Shown in pieces: positions 28,010 to 35,386 of a DNA stretch of 64,000 nucleotides. A program made the translations under genes and the position numbers. The DNA is from Steroidobacteraceae bacterium (GTDB taxonomy: Bacteria > Pseudomonadota > Gammaproteobacteria > Steroidobacterales > Steroidobacteraceae): NCBI GenBank assembly GCA_027531255.1, contig JAPZRU010000004.1, forward strand, positions 44,381 through 108,380, read 5' to 3'. The first letter of the stretch is position 1. Each line of letters starts with the position of its first letter. The notes beneath the pieces were generated by a model. The model was not told where the DNA came from, did not search any database, and worked only from the letters and a program-made list of their open reading frames with translations.

Positions 28010-29140
28010 ATGACGCACGACCGCTCGATCACCCGCCGGCGCCTCCTGGGTTCCGCCGCCGCGCTGGCCGCCACCGGGCTCGCAACGGGCGGCTTCGCCG
28101 GACGCGCCTGGGGCTCGGCCTCCGCGCCGTTCTCGCTGCTGATCCTCGGCGGCACCGGGTTCATCGGCCCGCACATGACCGAGCAGGCGCTCGCCCGCGG
28201 CTGGAAGGTCACGCACTTCAATCGCGGCCGCCGCGACCCCGATGGCGTGCCCGGCGTGGAAACCCTGCTCGGCGACCGCGACGGCAAGCTCGATGCGCTG
28301 CGCGGCCGCCGCTGGGACGCGGTGATCGACAACTCGGGCTACGTGCCGCGCATCGTGAAGATGTCTGCCGAGCTGCTCGCGCCGAACGTCGGGCAGTACC
28401 TGTTCGTGTCCAGCGTCTCGGCGTACGCCTCGCTCGCCACGGCGCAGGACGAGACGTCGCCGGTCGCGAAGCTCAAGGACGAGACCGTCGAGACGGTCGA
28501 CAACGAGACCTTCGGCGGACTGAAGGCCCTGTGCGAGCAGGCCGCGGAGCGCGCATTGCCCGGCCGGACGACGATCGTGCGTCCCGGGTACATCGTCGGG
28601 CCGCTGGATCCGACGGACCGCTTCACGTACTGGCCGGTGCGCGTCGCCCGCGGCGGCGACATGCTCGCGCCCGGCACGCCGGCCGATCCGATCCAGGTGA
28701 TCGACGCGCGTGACCTCACGGCGTGGATGCTCGGGCTCGTCGAGAAGCGCCACCTCGGGACCTACAACGCCGTCTCCGCACCCAGGCAGTTCACGATGGG
28801 CGGCCTGATCGAGACGAGCCGCAAGGTGTCGGGCGCGAAGACCGACGTGACGTGGCTTCCCGCCGACTTCCTCGAGCAGCAGTTCGGCGAGCAGGCGAGC
28901 TTCCCGCCGTGGGCGCCGACCGTGGGCGAGTACGCCGGTCTGGCCCTGACCCGGGTCGATCGCGCGCTGCAGACGGGGCTTACGATCCGACCGCTGGAGC
29001 ACACGGTTCGCGACACGCTCGCGTGGCACGCGACCCGACCGGCGGACCGGCAGGCCAAGCTCCGGTCGGGCATCGAGCCGGAGAAGGAGGCCGCCGTCCT
29101 CGCCGCGTGGCGCGCGCGTCAGACGCGGGGCGCTGCCTGA
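28010..29140 (+). CDS. NAD-dependent epimerase/dehydratase (SDR) family protein with Tat signal
   Basis: 376 aa with the twin-arginine leader SITRRRLLGSAAALAATG...AWG followed by the Rossmann motif LILGGTGFIGPH. Confidence 0.7.
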   Translation: MTHDRSITRRRLLGSAAALAATGLATGGFAGRAWGSASAPFSLLILGGTGFIGPHMTEQALARGWKVTHFNRGRRDPDGVPGVETLLGDRDGKLDALRGRRWDAVIDNSGYVPRIVKMSAELLAPNVGQYLFVSSVSAYASLATAQDETSPVAKLKDETVETVDNETFGGLKALCEQAAERALPGRTTIVRPGYIVGPLDPTDRFTYWPVRVARGGDMLAPGTPADPIQVIDARDLTAWMLGLVEKRHLGTYNAVSAPRQFTMGGLIETSRKVSGAKTDVTWLPADFLEQQFGEQASFPPWAPTVGEYAGLALTRVDRALQTGLTIRPLEHTVRDTLAWHATRPADRQAKLRSGIEPEKEAAVLAAWRARQTRGAA

Positions 29141-29334
29141 CGCGAGCCGGAGCGCGGGACGACGCGGACGAGAGTGGGCGAGCGCGGGCCTCCCCACCGG
29201 TTGCCGTCGAGGGGAGCAGGCGCTATCGGGAACCGATCTCGCGGACACCTTCGCAGGTGGTGAGAGAGAACAGAAGAGTAGATCTATAACTTGCTGATTA
29301 TCATGTCTTTCGTCTCAGGTCATCGGCATCAATG

Positions 29335-29354
29335 GACATTGTGGCTGGAATGTC
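29335..29354. promoter_or_regulatory. inverted repeat GACATT-N8-AATGTC in AT-rich leader of the Phd-like gene (possible antitoxin operator)
   Basis: Read from the sequence. Sits about 60 bp upstream of the GTG at 29412, inside the AT-rich trough 29270-29400. Confidence 0.2.
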
Positions 29355-29411
29355 TATTCTGCACGTAGCAGCTCGTTCCATTGATCAGTTCACTCAACGC
29401 GAGGCTCCCTC

Positions 29412-29753
29412 GTGCCCCCGACCCCGCTTGCCGAACTCCCCAGCCAGTCCGCCACCGAGGTCAAGAATCAGTGGGGGCAGATCGTGCGCCAGGTCCTGAA
29501 GACGGGATCGCTCGCGATCACTCAGCGCTCGAACGTCGAACTCGTGATGCTCTCCGCCGAGCGCTACCAGGCGCTCGTGGACACGATCGCGAGGCTCGAG
29601 GCGCGCGAGCGGTCCGAGCTGGAGGAGTTGACCGCGCAGTTCACGAGCAGACTCGACAAGCTCCAGGCGCCCGAGGCCGCCGCCCGCGTCGCCGAGGTGC
29701 TGGACGCCCGGGGTCGAGCGATCACGCCGCCGGTGGCCGGCGCGAGCTACTGA
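29412..29753 (+). CDS. Phd/YefM-like antitoxin candidate
   Basis: 113 aa. The N-terminus ELPSQSATEVKNQWGQIVRQVLKTGSLAITQRSNVELVMLSAERYQAL fits the Phd/YefM fold pattern. GAGG lies 7 nt before the GTG start. Ends 18 nt upstream of the zeta-like gene. Confidence 0.55.
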   Translation: MPPTPLAELPSQSATEVKNQWGQIVRQVLKTGSLAITQRSNVELVMLSAERYQALVDTIARLEARERSELEELTAQFTSRLDKLQAPEAAARVAEVLDARGRAITPPVAGASY

Positions 29754-29771
29754 CGACGCCCGCCGCGCCGC

Positions 29772-30422
29772 GTGGCATCCCCGCGCCCGTTTGTCTACGT
29801 GCTCGCCGGGGTGAACGGAGCCGGCAAGAGCTCGGTCGGCGGTCACCTGCTGATGGAGCGTGGACTCGACTGGTACAACCCCGACACGTTCACCCGCGAG
29901 CTGATGGCCCGCCGCTCGATGTCGCTGGCGGACGCGAACGCCGCCGCGTGGCAGGCCGGTCGCGCGCAGCTCGAGGCCGCGATGCTGCGGCGCCGGAACT
30001 TCGCGTTCGAGACGACGCTCGGGGCGTCGACCATCCCGAACCTCCTGATCCAGGCCAGCGCCACTCATGACGTGTACGTCTGGTACTGCGGTCTCGCCAG
30101 CGTCGAGCAGCACCTGAACCGTATCGCAGCGCGTGTCGCCCGCGGAGGACACGACATCCCCGAGGCCAAGGTGCGCGAACGGTGGGAAGCCTCGCGCCGG
30201 AAGCTGGTCCGGCTGCTCCCGCACCTCGCGCACCTGCAGGTGTTCGACAACTCCGCCGATGTCGCACGGGGCGAGCCGATCCCGCTGCCGCGGCTCGTGC
30301 TGGAGATGGCGCGGTGTACGCTTCGATACCCGAACCCCCGCAACGCGGCTGAACTCGCGAGCGTTCCGGCCTGGGCGGCGCCGATCGTGGAGGCGGCAAT
30401 CCAGGCGAGCGACGGGCGCTGA
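29772..30422 (+). CDS. zeta-toxin-like P-loop kinase (toxin candidate)
   Basis: 216 aa with Walker A LAGVNGAGKSS and FAFETTLG. The size and order behind a small antitoxin-like gene are typical of zeta/PezT-family modules. Confidence 0.55.
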   Translation: MASPRPFVYVLAGVNGAGKSSVGGHLLMERGLDWYNPDTFTRELMARRSMSLADANAAAWQAGRAQLEAAMLRRRNFAFETTLGASTIPNLLIQASATHDVYVWYCGLASVEQHLNRIAARVARGGHDIPEAKVRERWEASRRKLVRLLPHLAHLQVFDNSADVARGEPIPLPRLVLEMARCTLRYPNPRNAAELASVPAWAAPIVEAAIQASDGR

Positions 30423-30523
30423 GCCGAGCACGCTCCGGCGACGGCGCTGCGCAACCGATGCCCACGTCCGGGCCAGGCGACAGGAGTGGAGGGCGGCGCT
30501 CGGGAGACCCCGCTTCGGTCGAG

Positions 30524-30620
30524 CGGCAAGGCGCACCGATCGCTATGGTCCGCGCCGGGCAACCGAATCGGCAAGGCGCACCGACTACTATGGTCCGCGC
30601 CGGGCAACCGAAGCGGCATT
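30524..30620. repeat. 45-bp tandem direct repeat, 2.1 copies
   Basis: Unit 1 (30524-30568) is CGGCAAGGCGCACCGATCGCTATGGTCCGCGCCGGGCAACCGAAT. Unit 2 (30569-30613) differs at 4 positions. A third copy starts CGGCA at 30614. Confidence 0.9.
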
Positions 30621-30652
30621 CGTCCCGGATCGCATGACTCGACGCAGCCGGT

Positions 30653-30931
30653 ATGCACCGGTCGTCGACGGCTGCTCGCACCGAAGTGGCGTTGAGCACC
30701 GAGGCCACCACGCTGAACCCGGGCCCGGTTTTCCACTACGTCGGCGTGCAGTTCTATCTCGGCGCGTGGCAGGGCGACCGAACCGAGATCCAGGACCGCT
30801 ACGTCGGCACCGCGTACCGGGGCGCACGATCGCCCGGCACCCGTACCGTGAAGGAGAGCGGGGCTATAGGAAATGCAGGTGCACGACACCATGGCCGGGC
30901 TGAGCCACGCCATTTCCACCATTTAACTTAA
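30653..30931 (+). CDS. hypothetical small protein or gene fragment (92 aa)
   Basis: The only ORF in the 30.4-31.5 kb gap with good GC3 bias (…TTLNPGPVFHYVGVQFYLGAWQGDRTEIQDRYVGTAYRG…). No recognisable family. Ends in an AT-rich tract. Confidence 0.25.
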   Translation: MHRSSTAARTEVALSTEATTLNPGPVFHYVGVQFYLGAWQGDRTEIQDRYVGTAYRGARSPGTRTVKESGAIGNAGARHHGRAEPRHFHHLT

Positions 30932-31146
30932 TATACATTATGCGAAGTCTCTTCGCGGCATAGGCCAGGCCGGCTGACCGATCGCCAGTTCTTCGGACTG
31001 CTCTCTCGACCAACCCACAGGCCACCATCGAGCCCCGCATGGGCGCACGGACGGCGCGCTCGCACTGACGTCGGCCGACGGCGCGACCCGACGCAACTCC
31101 GAACGCGCACCCACGACACGGCGTCGACCGTGCGTCACTAGCGCCC

Positions 31147-31162
31147 GGGTTCGATCGAACCC
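31147..31162. repeat. perfect 16-bp palindrome GGGTTCGATCGAACCC
   Basis: Read from the sequence. Followed by a third GTTCGAT copy at 31165-31171. Confidence 0.8.
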
Positions 31163-31514
31163 AGCGTTCGATGGAATGCGGCCCCCGACATGCCTCCGCG
31201 CGCCCGGGAGCGCTCGGCGCCACCCCGACTGCAGGCCACCAGGCCTCCCGATCCGATGGCGCCTCGCCAGGTTGCCCGTAGCGAACCGGAACGGTGTTCG
31301 CATCGGGCTGGGAGTTGTGCACAGGCGTGTGGATATCGAGCGGCTGGGTTTCGGACCGGAATCCACAGGCCTGTTAACAACTCCAGGGGCGCAGATCGGT
31401 CGAGAACAGCCATCGGTGGTCACTGAACAGCGGTCCAGCGGCTTATCGCCCCCACTGCCCGGGGCAGTATCAGCCGTTTTAAGCCGTCGGCTGAAGATCA
31501 GCTATCATCCAGGC

Positions 31515-32321
31515 ATGCCGCGCTCCGTCCAGTACCCCCGTGCCAGCCTCGCCCAGGCCCTCGAACTCGCCGCGTCGGTGGAGCACCTCGGTGGCGAGTG
31601 CGCGTTGGAAGCAGCCGCCGCGTTGACCGGTCACTCGGCGGGCGGGACATACGCGGCCCTCGTGGCCGCGGCGGTGAAGTACGGCTGGGTCACCTCGCGC
31701 AAGGGCCGGTTGCGCACCACGCCCGCTTTCGCCGATTACCGACTCTCGGGCGACGAAGCTGCCCGCCGGGCGGCGCTGGCGACCGCGTTGACGTGCCCGC
31801 CTCTGTTCGCCCGCCTCGTCCAGAGGTTCGCGGGCAAGCCGCTGCCCGAGGGGGCGCTGGCGAGCCTGCTGGCCCGGGAGTTCGACGTGCCCGAAGGCAT
31901 TGCGCCTCGGATTGCCGGCTACTTCGTGGCCGGCGCACGCATGGCGGGCCTGCTCGAGGGCGCCGGATTGCGGCCCGCTGGCATCGTCTGTTCGGGAGAC
32001 TCGGCTGCTGCGGCGGGTGGCCGCGAGCGCACGCCGCCGGCACTCGGTTCGGAGCCCGCCGTGGCCACGCCGATACGACGCGATACGCAAGCGGTCTCCG
32101 CCGACGAGGCCCCGCGCGATCTCGATGACGTCGAATCGATTGCAATCAGGACGCGCATGGGCCCGGGCGTCCCGACGAGCTACAGTCTCGCGCTCCGTGG
32201 ACCGGGCATCGACGCCACGCTGCAACTGGCCGATCCCGCCGACCTCGGGGTCGCGCGCGCACTTCTCGAGCGCGTCGAACGCGCGCTCGGCCAGCGCGAA
32301 CGCCGCTCAATCGACGAGTAG
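31515..32321 (+). CDS. hypothetical protein (268 aa), no family recognised
   Basis: In ORF 31176..32321 the coding-like bias begins at ATG 31515 (MPRSVQYPRASLAQALELAASVEHLGG...). Helical N-terminal modules, a low-complexity Ala/Gly/Pro linker and a short C-terminal domain. The 3' end overlaps the convergent DUF456 gene by 15 nt. Confidence 0.5.
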   Translation: MPRSVQYPRASLAQALELAASVEHLGGECALEAAAALTGHSAGGTYAALVAAAVKYGWVTSRKGRLRTTPAFADYRLSGDEAARRAALATALTCPPLFARLVQRFAGKPLPEGALASLLAREFDVPEGIAPRIAGYFVAGARMAGLLEGAGLRPAGIVCSGDSAAAAGGRERTPPALGSEPAVATPIRRDTQAVSADEAPRDLDDVESIAIRTRMGPGVPTSYSLALRGPGIDATLQLADPADLGVARALLERVERALGQRERRSIDE

Positions 32322-32798
32322 CGCCGCCGCGAACGCACCGAGCATCGCGAACACGAGGGCGATCTTCACGGCCGTGCCGATCAGCAGACCGATCCACGTG
32401 GCGATGCCGACGTGACCAGCACGGCGGAGGTCGCGCCGGCACAGGTACTCGCCGATCGCTGCACCGACCAGCGGCATGAACAGCAGGCCGACCAGCCCCG
32501 TGAAGACGCCGGCGAGCGTCCCGATCGCAGCACCGACGATCGCTCCCTTGCTCGCGCCGGCGCGCTTCGCACCCAGCGCAGCCGACACGTAGTCCGCGGC
32601 CCACGCAAGCAGCGTCAGGACCGCCGCGAAACCGACCGTCCAGCCGGAGATGCGCGTGAAGTCGTCGATCCACGCGGCGAGCAGGATGCCGGCGAACACC
32701 AGCGCAGCACCTGGCAGCGCGGGCAGCACGGTACCCGCCACGCCGACGAAGATCATGATCCCGGCGAGCAGCCACCAGAGTGTGTCGAGGTTCGTCAT
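32307..32798 (-). CDS. DUF456-family small membrane protein
   Basis: 163 aa with four hydrophobic segments and a G/A-rich pattern (LPALPGAALVFAGILLAAW...GAKRAGASKGAIVGAAIG...) typical of DUF456. Starts 16 nt downstream of nikR. Confidence 0.6.
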   Translation of the reverse strand: MTNLDTLWWLLAGIMIFVGVAGTVLPALPGAALVFAGILLAAWIDDFTRISGWTVGFAAVLTLLAWAADYVSAALGAKRAGASKGAIVGAAIGTLAGVFTGLVGLLFMPLVGAAIGEYLCRRDLRRAGHVGIATWIGLLIGTAVKIALVFAMLGAFAAALLVD

Positions 32799-32814
32799 CG
32801 TCGCTGCCTCGCGG

Positions 32815-33273
32815 TCAGTACCGCGGCTTCAGGTGTACGTGGGATTCGGCACCGTGCGAATGACGGTGCGCGCGCTCGACGCCCACGAGGTTCAGGTGGC
32901 CGTGACGGACTCCGGGCTCGGCCATCAGCGACCCCGCGAACGCGCGTACGTCGTGAGTCGCGCCCTGGAGCACGACGCTCTCGAGGCAGTCTTCGTGGTC
33001 GAGATGCACGTGCATCGTCGCGACCGTGAGGTCGTGCCGCGCGTGCTGCCGGCTGGCCAGACGTTCGGCGAGTTCGCGTTCCGAGTGGTTGTAGACGTAG
33101 GACAGGCTCGCGACGCAGTGACCGCGCTCGAACACCGCGTCGTTCTCGGACTCGAGCCTCGCGCGGATCAGGTCGCGCACCGCCTCGCTGCGGTTGGCGT
33201 AGCCGCGCGCCGCGATGAACGCGTCGAACGCGGCTGCCAGGTCGTCGTCGATCGAGATCGTGAACCGCTCCAT
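32815..33273 (-). CDS. nikR: nickel-responsive regulator NikR (ribbon-helix-helix + ACT-like Ni-binding domain)
   Basis: In ORF 32815..33363 the start is ATG 33271-33273. MERFTISIDDDLAAAFDAFIAARGYANRSEAVRDLIR is the canonical NikR RHH. Also has HHxxL-type His ligands (TMHVHLDHEDCLE) and a His-rich tail. Confidence 0.85.
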   Translation of the reverse strand: MERFTISIDDDLAAAFDAFIAARGYANRSEAVRDLIRARLESENDAVFERGHCVASLSYVYNHSERELAERLASRQHARHDLTVATMHVHLDHEDCLESVVLQGATHDVRAFAGSLMAEPGVRHGHLNLVGVERAHRHSHGAESHVHLKPRY

Positions 33274-33303
33274 CCGCTGCGCTCCCGGCCCGCGGGCCGT
33301 CAT

Positions 33304-33321
33304 TACATTGCTGCAATCGTA
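33304..33321. promoter_or_regulatory. near-palindrome TACATTGC-T-GCAATCGTA upstream of nikR (possible autoregulatory operator)
   Basis: Read from the sequence, 31-48 bp upstream of the nikR ATG. Overlaps a TACGAT -10-like hexamer on the minus strand. Confidence 0.2.
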
Positions 33322-33490
33322 GACGTTCGCGCGGCGCGTTGACGTGCCGGCCAGAGCGGTCACCCTGATGATTACTCAGAGCTAATATATACGTCTCAGT
33401 TATTTACGGATGTTATCTAAAGTATCACCTTAGCTTTAACCGCCATGTCGCCACCGCCACGCTCCGCACTGCCGCAGGTTATGTCTGACG

Positions 33491-33518
33491 TTGCTTTTTC
33501 AAACCGCGCAGCTATATT
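33491..33518 (+). promoter_or_regulatory. sigma70-like promoter candidate TTGCTT-16 nt-TATATT
   Basis: Read from the sequence inside the AT-rich trough 33364-33560, about 125 nt upstream of ATG 33645. Confidence 0.35.
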
Positions 33519-33644
33519 CGGCCTAGGTCCTTGTACCGGCGCTCAAAAAGCCCCGGAAAGCAAGTTAGAAATCACTTCAGGTGCGTGGCGCAGCGGGCTT
33601 CGGTTCCGGTTGCCGCCCCGACGGGTCCCGCGGAGTCCGCCCCG

Positions 33645-34019
33645 ATGACTGCTTGGAGCCGGCTGCACGCCGCCACGCTCGAACTGGTCAAGAGCGCGCC
33701 GTTGAAACAGCGGCTTGCTTCTGCTTTCCAGAATCACTTGAAGGGCCTGGAGATCCAGGACCTGCCACCCGAGCTGCGGGCTGAGTTCGCCGCACTGGCC
33801 GCCGACCTGGAGACGGTGTTGCCGCTGCCCGGTGAAACCGCGGTGCAGGCCACCGTGCGGAAGATGTCGGCGGAGCAGGCGGACCGCTGCGCCATGCGCA
33901 TCGTGGAACTCGCGCACGACTACGTACACGCGCCCGCAAGCGTCACGCGCCTCCCCGTCCGGGATCGCCGCGAGGAAGGCAACGAGTCGGTCCCGCGCCT
34001 GTTCGCCGCGGAAGGCTGA
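33645..34019 (+). CDS. hypothetical protein (124 aa), no family recognised
   Basis: In ORF 33531..34019 the ATG at 33645 is preceded by GGAG at a 9-nt spacing. Predicted helical (MTAWSRLHAATLELVKSAPLKQRLASAFQNHLKGLEIQDLPPELRAEF...). Confidence 0.45.
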   Translation: MTAWSRLHAATLELVKSAPLKQRLASAFQNHLKGLEIQDLPPELRAEFAALAADLETVLPLPGETAVQATVRKMSAEQADRCAMRIVELAHDYVHAPASVTRLPVRDRREEGNESVPRLFAAEG

Positions 34020-34030
34020 GGCCTGCAGAC

Positions 34031-34051
34031 AGCGCGCGTCGGCGGCGCGCT
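34031..34051. terminator. GC hairpin AGCGCGC-7 nt-GCGCGCT between convergent genes
   Basis: 7-bp stem read from the sequence. Overlaps the stop codon of the TIR-like gene. Confidence 0.3.
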
Positions 34052-34506
34052 CAATCCAGCTTGAACTCGATGGTTTCCCAGCGCTGGGTGTCTTCGTGGC
34101 GCGCCTGGCGGAGAATCGCGTCGATCAGCGCGCGCTCGTCCCAGTCCACGGACTCGTCCGCGAGCGCGAGCAGCGCCTTCGGCACGCCCACCGTGGAGCC
34201 GAAGCTCGCCATCAGCAGCACCGGCTTGTCGGCCGCCTTCGCGAAGTTCGCCTGGAACTCCAGGAGGTCGGGCGCGCGCCGGTGATGCGGGGCGAGGAGG
34301 ATGACTGCTTCCACGGGCTGGATCTGGCGGCGCAGTTCCTCCCGTTCGGCCTCCTTGCCGCCGGCCGGGCGCCGGTCGGGCGCGCTGTAGTTCAGGTAGA
34401 AGAAATTCCGCGCGCTCTCGAGGAACTCGAAGACGCGGTAATAGTCCTCGTCCGCGTCCCACGCGTGGCTGACGAACAGCTTCACCGGGTTCTGCTGCGA
34501 AATCAT
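34051..34506 (-). CDS. stand-alone TIR-like domain protein (DUF1863/TIR-like pattern)
   Basis: 151 aa. The pattern is KLFVSHAWDADEDYYRVFEFLES ... QPVEAVILLAPHH...DLLEFQANFAKAADKPVLLM ... VDWDERALIDAI. This gives beta-A FxSHxxxD, a conserved acidic residue before the A-x-x-x-x-KP-hhh strand, and a C-terminal W…I helix, as in bacterial TIR-like domains. Assigned by eye only. Confidence 0.5.
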   Translation of the reverse strand: MISQQNPVKLFVSHAWDADEDYYRVFEFLESARNFFYLNYSAPDRRPAGGKEAEREELRRQIQPVEAVILLAPHHRRAPDLLEFQANFAKAADKPVLLMASFGSTVGVPKALLALADESVDWDERALIDAILRQARHEDTQRWETIEFKLD

Positions 34507-34610
34507 GGCGTGCTCCCTGAGCGTGGCCGAGTTTAGCGCACGGGTCCGGGGGCAACACGCTAGAATCCTGGCGCGGCGACACCGTTCCCGGCCGCCCCCT
34601 TCCCCTCCCG

Positions 34611-35369
34611 ATGCGACTTCTCGTCTACAACATCCGTTACGCGACGGGCACGGGCCCGGCTTTCCATCTGCCGCTGCCGGGCGCGGGATACCTGCGCAGC
34701 AACCGTCAGGTTCTGGACGGCATCACGCAGTTCATCAAGTCGCAGGACCCCGACGTCGTGGGTCTCGTCGAGGTCGACACCGGCTCGATCCGCACGGGCA
34801 TGGTGAACCAGGCGGAGTTCATCGCCGCGCACCTCGGGCACTACTCCACGTACCAGTGCAAGTACGGGGCGGAGTCGATCAACTCGATGGTCCCGATCGT
34901 GCGCAAGCAGGGCAACGCGTTCCTCGCGGCGCCGCGTGTGCACGGCGAGCGCTTCCATTACTTCGACACCGGGATCAAGCGGCTGATCATCGAACTCGAA
35001 CTCGAGGAGGCCGTGATCTTCCTCGTGCACCTGTCGCTCAAGTACCGGCATCGCCAGTCGCAGCTCCGCACTCTGCACGAGCTCGTCAAGCGCTCGCGCA
35101 AGCCGGCGATCGTCGCCGGAGACTTCAACACTTTCTGGGGAGACCACGAGATCTACCTGTTCATGCAGGCTTCGGGGCTCAAGAGCGCGAACACCCAGGG
35201 CCTGCCTTCGTACCCGAGCAGGAACCCGCGGCGCGAACTCGACTTCATCCTCTACACGCAGGGCATCGAAGTCACGGGCTTCCAGGTGCCCGGGGTGCGC
35301 TACTCGGATCACCTGCCGCTGATCTGCGACTTCGAGGTCAGGCGCGCAGCCGCCTCGGTCGCCGCCTGA
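34611..35369 (+). CDS. endonuclease/exonuclease/phosphatase (EEP) family protein
   Basis: 252 aa with MRLLVYNIRY (catalytic N), GLVEVD, VHLSL, VAGDFN and the C-terminal YSDHLPLICDF, the EEP signature set. Confidence 0.8.
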   Translation: MRLLVYNIRYATGTGPAFHLPLPGAGYLRSNRQVLDGITQFIKSQDPDVVGLVEVDTGSIRTGMVNQAEFIAAHLGHYSTYQCKYGAESINSMVPIVRKQGNAFLAAPRVHGERFHYFDTGIKRLIIELELEEAVIFLVHLSLKYRHRQSQLRTLHELVKRSRKPAIVAGDFNTFWGDHEIYLFMQASGLKSANTQGLPSYPSRNPRRELDFILYTQGIEVTGFQVPGVRYSDHLPLICDFEVRRAAASVAA

Positions 35370-35386
35370 CACCGCGGAGAATTCCC

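Noticed and set aside
30524-30620. The 45-bp repeats as a CRISPR array.
   Set aside because: The units are directly adjacent with no spacers, there are only about 2 copies, and no cas genes lie nearby.
31140-31175. GGGTTCGATCGAACCC as a tRNA T-arm or tRNA-derived att site.
   Set aside because: No acceptor, D or anticodon arms can be folded around it on either strand. There is no intact tRNA in the window and no integrase gene nearby.
30864-31423. Minus-strand ORFs 30864..31322, 30938..31423 and 31138..31413, and the 5' extension (31176..31514) of the 31515 gene.
   Set aside because: Poor GC3 bias (many A/T-ending codons), Arg/Ser/Pro-rich products and mutual overlap. They are treated as non-coding.
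29294-33402. Short shared strings (CTGAT..ATTA…CGTCTCAG) in the AT-rich troughs at about 29294-29320 and 33366-33402, as direct repeats flanking an integrated island.
   Set aside because: Only 8-9 nt match, with indels, so this could be chance between two AT-rich promoter regions. No recombinase gene is present. It is mentioned only as a weak hint.
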